This document shows positions 55,079-62,928 of a stretch of DNA of 64,000 nt, piece after piece. The translations under genes and the position numbers were made by a program. Where the stretch lies: positions 395 through 64,394 of the forward strand of contig DATITS010000053.1 of assembly GCA_035467535.1 (NCBI GenBank). The letters are read 5' to 3'. The notes beneath the pieces were generated by a model. It was given only the letters and a program-made list of their open reading frames with translations, was not told the origin of the DNA and did no database searches. This stretch comes from Desulfobacterales bacterium. GTDB taxonomy: Bacteria > Desulfobacterota > Desulfobacteria > Desulfobacterales > SpSt-501. Every line of letters starts with the position of its first letter. Position 1 is the first letter of the stretch.

Positions 55079-56623
55079 TCAGGCCCGGCGCAGGAACGAG
55101 CTGCGCGTCATCCCTGCGCCGACCGAGTCGTAGAGGATGGTGCGGGCCTGCCGGAGGCGCTCCAGGTTGCGGTTGACGGGGAATTCCTGAATCGTATCGG
55201 GGGCGAGGGCGCCGCGGGCGAGGTCGTAGGGGAGGCGCTGCATGCAGACCACCGAGCAGTTGCCCCGCTCGTGGATGTTTGTCACCATCTTCTCGGCCAG
55301 GAAGCGGGCGACCTCCTCCGGGGCAACGGGCGCGCCATCGGACAGGACCTGCTCCAGGGTGAGGGGGAGCATGGCAAAGTTGGCCTGGTGCTCGATCAGC
55401 AGGTCGATGTCCATGAGGGTGAGCCGATGCTTGGACAACAGCGACGTCAGATGGGCCTTCGCCCCGCGCGTGGCGTAGAGAAACACGCCCTTGCCGTCCA
55501 TTCTGCCGAAGAGCCCGTCGTCATCGAGTATGGCCTCGATGAAACCGGCAACACAGCCGTGGCTGCAGGTGCGGGTGGCGACGACCCCCTTGGAGACGGC
55601 GGGCAGGGCCCCGGGCACACCCTCGATCAGGCTGAGCCTTGCGGGCTGACCCGGGGCCAGGAATACCGCGGCCAGACGGCGATAGCTGCCGGCGGTCGTG
55701 TAGGCAGAAGCGATGCGCTTCACGGTTTCCGGGTTGCCGTCCATGGTCATCACGTCGTAGGCAAACCCGGACCCATAGGTGTCATAGAGTTCGAGGGCCG
55801 CGCGAAAGTTTTTAAACGTCCCCGCAGCGGCCGCTTCCGGGTGGAGGCGCTCCATCAGCGCATGCTGCACCCGGGTCGCACTGGCCGGAATCCGGCATGC
55901 GATCTTCCCCAGTTGATTGTCGATGATGATGCCGTCCAGCCGCCCGGCGCGCGCCCACGGGAGCAGTTGGTCGGCGATGGCGGCGATGAAAGTGTCGCCG
56001 GCATCCACGATCGTCTCGTCAATGACGCGGCCGGTCTGGCAGCCGCCGGCCAGCGCGCCGGTCTCCAGGGCGGTGGCGAGTGCGTCGTCGCCGAAGATGA
56101 TGTTGGCGGTGTCCAGGGGCTTGAAGGCCTTGGCGCGGTGGATGTTTTCGGCGCCGATGATGACGGAGAGATCGCCGGGCTTGAGCGCTCCGGCCAGCGA
56201 AAGCATGAACAGCGCCTCCACCCCCACGTTGAACCCGGGGCAGCCGGCGTAAAGGTCAAACACCAGGGCCTGCGGGCATACGTTGCGAACGAGCTCGTAG
56301 GGGAAGCGGCTGACCGGCCCGGGGTCTTCCTTGTCCTCGCCGATATTGGTGGCGCCGATGATCGCCCGGATGCGCGCGGCGTCGATCCCCGATGTCTCCA
56401 GCAGATCCCGGAACGCTGTGACCCCGATGCGCTCGTCCATGGGGGCGACCATGCGCGTGCGGACCCCCATGCGTTCCTCGATGGATTGGCGGGTGACCGG
56501 GATCCCGCCCTTGAAGACCATGCCCTTGTTTTCGTAGATCGAATTGTCAACGAGCCGGCCGCCGTTCCAGGCCCCCTGGGCGATGATCTCCAGCACTGCA
56601 TCCTGCATCATGGGTGGCTCCAT
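55079..56623 (-). CDS. KAS III (FabH)-like thiolase-fold enzyme with a large internal insertion
   Basis: The Cys-His-Asn triad context is retained (LYAGCPGF, EHQAN, ERGNCS) and so is MDGKGVF. However, roughly 200 aa separate FGDD from MDGK, versus roughly 50 in canonical FabH. Confidence 0.7.
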   Translation of the reverse strand: MEPPMMQDAVLEIIAQGAWNGGRLVDNSIYENKGMVFKGGIPVTRQSIEERMGVRTRMVAPMDERIGVTAFRDLLETSGIDAARIRAIIGATNIGEDKEDPGPVSRFPYELVRNVCPQALVFDLYAGCPGFNVGVEALFMLSLAGALKPGDLSVIIGAENIHRAKAFKPLDTANIIFGDDALATALETGALAGGCQTGRVIDETIVDAGDTFIAAIADQLLPWARAGRLDGIIIDNQLGKIACRIPASATRVQHALMERLHPEAAAAGTFKNFRAALELYDTYGSGFAYDVMTMDGNPETVKRIASAYTTAGSYRRLAAVFLAPGQPARLSLIEGVPGALPAVSKGVVATRTCSHGCVAGFIEAILDDDGLFGRMDGKGVFLYATRGAKAHLTSLLSKHRLTLMDIDLLIEHQANFAMLPLTLEQVLSDGAPVAPEEVARFLAEKMVTNIHERGNCSVVCMQRLPYDLARGALAPDTIQEFPVNRNLERLRQARTILYDSVGAGMTRSSFLRRA

Positions 56624-56753
56624 CGAGAAGGTTCGAGGAAAAAGCCCTGCGATCGGGTTGACGCGGAAACGTCGATCGTCTCACGCTTCTTATCACGTTT
56701 TTCCCTCAAAACCATACCGGTTGTGTCAGGTTCGGACAAGCCCTCCGGCCGGC

Positions 56754-57764
56754 TCACACGTTGAAGCGGAAGTTGATGATGTCCCCATCGGCCACCGCGT
56801 AGGTCTTGCCCTCCAGGCGGAACGTCCCGCGGCGGCGCGCCTCGGCCGTCGAGCCGGCCGCCATGAGATCCGCGTAGGAAATCACCTCGGCCCGGATGAA
56901 GCCCTTCTGGATGTCGCTGTGGATTACGCCGGCGGCCTCCACGGCCGGGGTGCCCCGGCGGATGGTCCAGGCGCGGACCTCGTCGCTGCCGACCGTGAAG
57001 AAGGCGATGAGCCCCATGACCTCGTAGGAGAGCCGGATCATCCGACCCATGGCGGAAGTGCCGATCTGGTATTCCTTGAGGAACTCGGCGGCCTCCTCCT
57101 CGCTCATGCGGGCGAGTTCCTGTTCGAGTTTTCCCTGCAGCACCAGGCATTTTTCATGAACGGCGATCTCCCCGATGTCGGGAAGCGCGGCGTCGCCGTC
57201 CTCGTTGTTGAAGAGCACCAGCATGGGCTTGGCGGTGAGCAGCGCAAAGCCTCTGAGCGACTTGGCGTCGGCAAGCTCGGGTCTGCGGCGCAGCAGGGTT
57301 TCGGCTTCGAGCAGCCGGCGGCACTCGGTGAGGAGCTGCTGTTCCTCGGAATTCATCTTCTTGCCGCGCCGCTGATCGAGCTCGATACGCTCCAGGCGCT
57401 TTTCCACCTGGACGAGGTCCGAGAGGATCAACTCCTGCTCCACTGCGCGGAAATCCGCCGCCGGGGTGCGGTCCGGTCCGTGGTTGCGCACCACCTGGAT
57501 CAGGGCGTCGCAATCCTTCACGGGCAGCCAGGGGTTGGCCTCCTTCTTCTGACTTCCCTGGCCGGCGAGAAAATAGTCCACCTGGGCATAGATGGTCTTC
57601 TGGGGCTCGAACATCCGGCTCAAGCGGTCCACGCGCTCGTCGGGTACGCGCACCACGGCGAGCCGGTCTTCGCCGCGGGAGGCGGTTTCGTTTCCCTGCC
57701 GGGTCAGGGCCTCGAAGGTCGTGGACCGGCCGGAGAGGGGCAGTCCGATGATGCCGATTTTCAT
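56754..57764 (-). CDS. YchF/OLA1-family P-loop protein with TGS-like C-terminus and atypical Walker A (GLPLSGRST)
   Basis: N-terminal MKIGIIGLPLSGRSTTFEALT. The C-terminus RAWTIRRGTPAVEAAGVIHSDIQKGFIRAEVI...GDIINFRFNV is typical of YchF. The P-loop Lys is replaced by Arg. Confidence 0.75.
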   Translation of the reverse strand: MKIGIIGLPLSGRSTTFEALTRQGNETASRGEDRLAVVRVPDERVDRLSRMFEPQKTIYAQVDYFLAGQGSQKKEANPWLPVKDCDALIQVVRNHGPDRTPAADFRAVEQELILSDLVQVEKRLERIELDQRRGKKMNSEEQQLLTECRRLLEAETLLRRRPELADAKSLRGFALLTAKPMLVLFNNEDGDAALPDIGEIAVHEKCLVLQGKLEQELARMSEEEAAEFLKEYQIGTSAMGRMIRLSYEVMGLIAFFTVGSDEVRAWTIRRGTPAVEAAGVIHSDIQKGFIRAEVISYADLMAAGSTAEARRRGTFRLEGKTYAVADGDIINFRFNV

Positions 57765-57831
57765 GGGCGAGCGCCTTTCAGTTCAGGAAAAATGGCTGTT
57801 GCCGATCGCGGGCGGCGTTAACGGGTGGCGA

Positions 57832-58323
57832 TCAGGACGGGCCCCTCCGGCCCGGGACCAGCTCCTTGATCGAAACCGTTCCCTGGGAATCAAACGGCAG
57901 CGTCGACGGCATGAGGCCGCCGCCCGCCATCCGCACCTTGCCTTTGACCCGGTAGCTCAGATCCTCTCGCTGCTGCAGTCCGAACAGGCCTTTGACGATG
58001 TCCAGCACCGAGGAGTAGACCGTGACCGGGATGGTCTCCGACCCGAAGGCCGGCACCGTGACCTGGGTGTTGGAGATACCGTAGGCAAACGGTTTGCCGT
58101 TGATTTCCAGGTCGCATTCCAGGCCCTTGATGTCCAACTCCACGTCGTTCGGGTTCGCCACCCGCAGGTCGACCCGAAACGCCGTTTCCAGCCCCTTGCT
58201 TTCCTGCACCTGGACGTTGGAGAGGGAAATGCGCGGGGTTTCAAGCGGCTTGCCCAAACCCGCACAGCCGGCCATACCCCCCGCCCACAGAAGCAGCGCC
58301 AGGCCTATCGATCGATTTTTCAT
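57832..58323 (-). CDS. LEA type 2 (WHy/LEA14-like) lipoprotein
   Basis: Lipobox LLLWAGGMAGC. LEA_2 pattern (ISLSNVQVQ...FRVDLRVANPNDVELDIKGLECDLEINGKPF). Confidence 0.72.
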   Translation of the reverse strand: MKNRSIGLALLLWAGGMAGCAGLGKPLETPRISLSNVQVQESKGLETAFRVDLRVANPNDVELDIKGLECDLEINGKPFAYGISNTQVTVPAFGSETIPVTVYSSVLDIVKGLFGLQQREDLSYRVKGKVRMAGGGLMPSTLPFDSQGTVSIKELVPGRRGPS

Positions 58324-58386
58324 GGCCGCCTTCTCCCCCTCCATTAGCCCCTTACGAGTGAGATTCTCTGCAAGAGTGGTTTAAAT

Positions 58387-60336
58387 CTACTTTTTCCTGG
58401 GCAGGAGGCCCTTGATCAGGTCGCCCGGCTTGGCCGGCACCCCGCCCGCCCCCGATGGATCGAGGGCTTTTTTGAGCTGGTCTTTCGCCATGCTTTCCAC
58501 GTCGGGCCGGAAAGCGGGATGGGCGAAGCTGCCCGACACGATGATCGGCACTTCCAGGCCGGAGCGGTCCTCTCTGTCCCCCTGACCCTTGATGGTGCCG
58601 ACCAGCTTCGGGTCTAACCGGAAATCGAGCGTCTCCTTCACCAGGTCGGCCTGGCCGGTGGCCAGCAGGCGCAACAGCGGGCTCTTAAGGGAGGTCTCAG
58701 CGGTGTGGAACACGCCGTTTTCGATCGTGAACGGGACGAGGAGTTCGGCAAAATCCGTGCGGGGTTTCGGACCGGACGCAGCCTCTCCGCCCAACGCGGC
58801 CTTCACGTTGCGAGCCATGTGGGCGATGTCCACGCCGATGATGGCGCCGTCTTTGAAGGCGAGGCGGCCCTTGCCGTCCAGACTCTGCTTGATGCGCGCC
58901 GGATCCTCACCCGTGATGGAAAGTGCGACCTGGGTATTGGCGATGCCTTCGATAAAGTCCTGGTCGGCAAGGTCCTTGAGCAGGGGGTGCACCTGCACTT
59001 TGTCCAGATTGAGTCGGACATCCGTTACGGGGCTGGCCCCTTTAACGTTCACTACGGTCTTGCCGGCCGCAGTGCCCTGGTAAAGCTTCATGGTGAGCGG
59101 GTCCAGCGAGAGGACGCCCTCCTTTGCCGCAATTTTCAAATGCACGTCCTCGAGCTTGGCGTTCTTGGCGGTGAGCTTGTCCACGGCGACCGTCCCGTCC
59201 ATGACCAGTCGCCGCAGGGGCGCGTAGTCGGTCTTTTGGGAAGTCGCCTGAGCCGGTTGGGCGCCGGAGGATGCGGCTGCCTTCGGGGGCAGATAACGGT
59301 CGAGGTCAATCTGGTCGAGCCTGAAGTCGAAGGTAAGGTTGGGCTTTGAGAACTCCCCGGCATTGAGAGTGAAGCTCAGTTTGGAATCGTCAATCGCCAG
59401 CAGTCCACCGGATACCGCCACGGCCTTGGCATCGGCCGTGACGTCGGCCTTGAGCGCCAAGCGCTCCAGCACCCTGGGGTCGGCGGTGGCGGGCAGGGAG
59501 TGTCCGATTTCGGCGAAGAGTTTGCGCGGTGAGAACTCGGTCACGTCTACGGTGAGGCGTGCCAGGGGGGCGGCGAGCAGGTTCTCCAGCGAGCCTTTGA
59601 CCTGCAGCTTCAGCTGCCCGAATGCATCCGCCTTCAACTCCAGGGGGATGGCGCCCTGGCCGAGGTTCGCCCCCACCGGCCCGAAGCGGCCTTCCGCGGA
59701 AACCGGCCTCTGGTTGACCGACGCAGATAACGAAAAGCGCACCGGCTTCTCAAGGGAGACATCCTTCAGCGACAGATTCATCCCCGAAATCTCCTGGTGC
59801 GAGCCCTTGCCGTGGTCGATAAGCGTCAGTTGCCCGTTTTGGATGCTCAGTTCCCCGACCATGAACGACTGGATGGGCAACCCCGTTTGCGAGGGGGCCG
59901 TATCGGGTTGGGCCGCGGCTTTGCCCTCTACCGGCTTGGCGCCGAAGTCCCAGCTGACATGTCCGTCTTTGTTCGTTACCAGGAAGAGGCGAGGCTCCTG
60001 CACCACGAGTCGGTCGACCTCCACCTTTTTGAACAGCAGCGGCAGCAGCTTCACGCGAACGTCAAAAGATTTCACCGTCAGGAACTCTTTTTCGGCAAAC
60101 GCCGGGGTGTTGCCCAGTTTAAGGGCGGAAAATGAAACACCCGCCCACGGGAACAGGGAAACCCGCACGTCGTCCCCCACGGACACCGGCCGGCCGCTCA
60201 CCTCGCTCAGGTATTTTTCCAGCGGCGCCTTGAACTGCTTCACGTCCACGAAAGCCGGAATGATCAGGAGGGCGGCGATCACCACCACCACCAAACAGAC
60301 GACTCCCCCCCCCGCCCATTTCAATGTGGTTTTCAT
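58387..60336 (-). CDS. AsmA-family outer-membrane biogenesis protein
   Basis: N-terminal TM anchor (KWAGGGVVCLVVVVIAALLIIPAF), AsmA N-terminal pattern (VSLFPWAGVSFSALKLGN) and C-terminal AsmA_2-like region (GRLAFKDGAIIGVDI...VPFTIENGV). Start at MKTTLK (60336). Confidence 0.85.
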   Translation of the reverse strand: MKTTLKWAGGGVVCLVVVVIAALLIIPAFVDVKQFKAPLEKYLSEVSGRPVSVGDDVRVSLFPWAGVSFSALKLGNTPAFAEKEFLTVKSFDVRVKLLPLLFKKVEVDRLVVQEPRLFLVTNKDGHVSWDFGAKPVEGKAAAQPDTAPSQTGLPIQSFMVGELSIQNGQLTLIDHGKGSHQEISGMNLSLKDVSLEKPVRFSLSASVNQRPVSAEGRFGPVGANLGQGAIPLELKADAFGQLKLQVKGSLENLLAAPLARLTVDVTEFSPRKLFAEIGHSLPATADPRVLERLALKADVTADAKAVAVSGGLLAIDDSKLSFTLNAGEFSKPNLTFDFRLDQIDLDRYLPPKAAASSGAQPAQATSQKTDYAPLRRLVMDGTVAVDKLTAKNAKLEDVHLKIAAKEGVLSLDPLTMKLYQGTAAGKTVVNVKGASPVTDVRLNLDKVQVHPLLKDLADQDFIEGIANTQVALSITGEDPARIKQSLDGKGRLAFKDGAIIGVDIAHMARNVKAALGGEAASGPKPRTDFAELLVPFTIENGVFHTAETSLKSPLLRLLATGQADLVKETLDFRLDPKLVGTIKGQGDREDRSGLEVPIIVSGSFAHPAFRPDVESMAKDQLKKALDPSGAGGVPAKPGDLIKGLLPRKK

Positions 60337-60538
60337 GCCTTTCTCACCTGAAGTTATCCGCTGACCGGTACTGCGCACACGCATCGCATTCCGGTCCCGA
60401 AACTACCTTCAATTTAGGTTAATTGCCGTAATAGTAAGCACCGGTTCACCGGGATTCAATGCAATTTTCGACTCGTGGAGCGCTCGACCTCGGAACCCCG
60501 TTGCGCGGACGTTAATTTCACGCAATGATTACAGATAG

Positions 60539-60594
60539 ATACAATATATTGGGGGTTGCGAGGTATTGACATACAACAGGAAGGGGGGTAGTAT
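60539..60594 (+). promoter_or_regulatory. putative promoter (TTGACA 60566-60571, 17-nt spacer, TAGTAT 60589-60594) with NrdR-box-like sites (60539-60554 and 60571-60586)
   Basis: atACAATATATTGggg contains a perfect CWATATATWG core. The second site, ATACAACAggaagggg, is conserved in one half only, lies 32 bp downstream and overlaps the spacer. The architecture ATTGACAYACAACA is shared with the nrdJ promoter. Confidence 0.5.
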
Positions 60595-60739
60595 GAAAAT
60601 TATTTTCGGAACATGGTAGGTCCGCGGTGCGGCGTGGGCGTTCAGCCTCGATGGCCTCGAATGCGTTCAACCTCGCGCCGGGCGAATCCGCCATTTTCCG
60701 GTACCGGCTAATTTTCAAGTGCAAGGGGAGACACTTTCC

Positions 60740-61075
60740 ATGATGACGGTTGCGCGGTTGCACGAGTTGTTCGAATCCCACCCGGACAAGACCATGCTCG
60801 GGTTTCAGGGCCAATGCCACGACTGCGGCAAGGATGTGAACGTGGCGGTGGCACTCACCCCGGAAGGGTTTGCCATCAGTGGCGGGGCGGTCTACGAGCC
60901 CGAGCCCGACAAGTTCCACAATAAATGCGACGACTGCTACTGCAAGAGTCCGCAGCTGTCCGCCTACCGACGGTGCGAAGTCTACAGCCGGGTGGTCGGA
61001 TACCTGCGGCCGGTGGCGCAGTGGAACGAGGGCAAGCAGGCGGAATTCTCGGACCGCAAGGCCTACCGGGTGTGA
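60740..61075 (+). CDS. stand-alone NrdD C-terminal domain protein (Zn-ribbon plus glycyl-radical motif), 111 aa
   Basis: CHDC...CDDC Cys pairs followed by SRVVGYLRPVAQWNEGKQAEFSDRK. Compare the class III RNR C-terminus RRVCGYLG....FN.GKQ.E...R. RBS AGGGGAG lies 9 nt before the ATG at 60740. Confidence 0.7.
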   Translation: MMTVARLHELFESHPDKTMLGFQGQCHDCGKDVNVAVALTPEGFAISGGAVYEPEPDKFHNKCDDCYCKSPQLSAYRRCEVYSRVVGYLRPVAQWNEGKQAEFSDRKAYRV

Positions 61076-61179
61076 CAAAACCAAAAGGTCCGGGAAGTCG
61101 AGCGTAAACGAAACAGCAACCGGCCGCTGTTCACTTGGATCCTTGACGCGGACCCTTGACCCCTCGGACCCTGCGGTAT

Positions 61180-62622
61180 CTACTTCTTCCGCCCGGCCAG
61201 GGCGTTCTGGAGCTTTTCGGCCAGCGCGCCGAGGGAGCCCCGGGTCGCCGGGCTGAAGCTCTGCCACTCGCTCTCGTCCTCCGAGCTGCCGGGAGCGAGC
61301 GAGATCCGGCGTTTCGGCACGCTGATCTCCTCCACGGCCACCGTGAGCGTGTCCCCTTCCCGGGCCTTTTCCAGCTCTCCGGCGGCCGAAGACCGGCGGA
61401 TGCTCCCCATGGGCAACAGCCCGGTGATGCCGGGGGCCAGGCGCACGAAATAGCCGAATTTCTCTTTTTTCTCGATGACGCCCTCTACCCGTTTGCCCAC
61501 GGGAAAGCGTTCGAGGACCTCGGCCCAGGGGTCGCCCTCGGCATCTCTCAGGCTGAGGGATATGCGCCGCTTTTCCGGCTCCACGGCCTTGACCACCACC
61601 GTGACCGTCTCGCCCGGGGTGACCACCTCCTCCGGTTTCACCACCCGCCGGGTGTAGCTCATCTCGCTGATGTGCACCAGGCCTTCCAGGCCCGGACCGA
61701 TTTCGACAAAGGCGCCGAAGGGCATGCAGCGGGTGACTTGGCCGCGGACCACATCCCCGGCGTGCACGGTCTCCTCCACGCTGAGCCAGGGGTCCTCCTC
61801 GAGCTGCTTGATGGAAAGCCCGATGCGGGTCTGCTTCACACCGGGGGGGGTATCGATCGTGAGGACCTTGACCCGCAGGCGGGCCCCGGGCTGCAGAGTG
61901 TCCTCGGGGGCGGCCGTCCGGGACCAGCCGATTTCGGACACGTGCACCATGCCCTCCACCCCGGGCGATAGCGCCACAAACGCGCCGAACGGCATGATCC
62001 GAGTGACCTGGCCGTCGAGAACATCGCCCGGCTTCAGGGTTTCCATGAACTGCTTCCGGGCGAGTTCCAACTCCTGACTCAGGAGCACGCGCCGGGAGAC
62101 GACGATGTTGCGCCCCTTGTCCTCGAAGCGGGTGATCAGGAACTGGTAGGTCGTCCCCACGTGGACCGAAGGGTCCGGCGCGGCGACGATGTCGATCTGG
62201 CTCGCCGGGCAGAAGGCCCGGTGCTGCATGACCTCCACATGGAAGCCCCCCTTGCAGGGTTCCTTGACCTTGCCCTCCACCGGCACCTTCTTCTGGTAGG
62301 CCTCGCGCAGGGCCTGGGCACCTCCTTCGCCGGAGATGGCCCGGGAGAGGCGGATTTCGCCCTCGCCGACGGCGGCCACGTAAAGTTCGAGCTCATCGCC
62401 CTCGGCGACGGTCAGGTTCTGGTCGGCATCGAGAAGTTCGCCCCTTTCGACCACGGCGTCGATCTTCATGCCGGTGTCGACAAAAACGCTCTCCTTCCCG
62501 ATGGAAATGATGCGGCCTTTCACCCGGTCGCCGATACGCACCTCGGCGCTCTTGCCCGGGCTGAAGGCTTCGAGCATTGCTGCAAAGTTCTCTTCGACAG
62601 GTTCACTGGGTTGATCCATCAT
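61180..62622 (-). CDS. S1 RNA-binding domain protein (multi-S1, ribosomal protein S1-like)
   Basis: At least four S1 repeats (e.g. GDRVKGRIISIGKESVFVD; GDVLDGQVTRIMPFGAFVAL; GDVVRGQVTRCMPFGAFVEI; GKRVEGVIEKKEKFGYFVRL). Confidence 0.85.
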   Translation of the reverse strand: MMDQPSEPVEENFAAMLEAFSPGKSAEVRIGDRVKGRIISIGKESVFVDTGMKIDAVVERGELLDADQNLTVAEGDELELYVAAVGEGEIRLSRAISGEGGAQALREAYQKKVPVEGKVKEPCKGGFHVEVMQHRAFCPASQIDIVAAPDPSVHVGTTYQFLITRFEDKGRNIVVSRRVLLSQELELARKQFMETLKPGDVLDGQVTRIMPFGAFVALSPGVEGMVHVSEIGWSRTAAPEDTLQPGARLRVKVLTIDTPPGVKQTRIGLSIKQLEEDPWLSVEETVHAGDVVRGQVTRCMPFGAFVEIGPGLEGLVHISEMSYTRRVVKPEEVVTPGETVTVVVKAVEPEKRRISLSLRDAEGDPWAEVLERFPVGKRVEGVIEKKEKFGYFVRLAPGITGLLPMGSIRRSSAAGELEKAREGDTLTVAVEEISVPKRRISLAPGSSEDESEWQSFSPATRGSLGALAEKLQNALAGRKK

Positions 62623-62840
62623 GACATGTGCTCCTTCAACATATGATCATCGGCAGTCTGCACCGGCCGATCCCTGCCTAGTTACCAGCACCGGGGGGCG
62701 GTTGCAAGGCGAAATCAGAGATTGAAAGGGCAGGGCGCCTAAAATGGGCCGCTGGAGCAGTTCCCCCGGGGAGAGGGGCCATGGCTGCGTGAAGTTGTCT
62801 GATGGAAAGTGGAACGGACGGAATCCGAGCCGCTGAGGCC

Positions 62841-62907
62841 GGGTCTCCCTGCAAACGGAGACCCCTATCACTGCCGGATGGAAGATCCCTGCAGCAGGCT
62901 GCAGGGA
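62841..62907 (-). terminator. two tandem 8-9-bp hairpins downstream of the 62929 gene
   Basis: tccctgcag-cagg-ctgcaggga (62886-62907) and gggtctcc-N8-ggagaccc (62841-64). There are no clear U-tracts. Confidence 0.3.
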
Positions 62908-62928
62908 ATCTCCGACCGTGCCGAGTTC

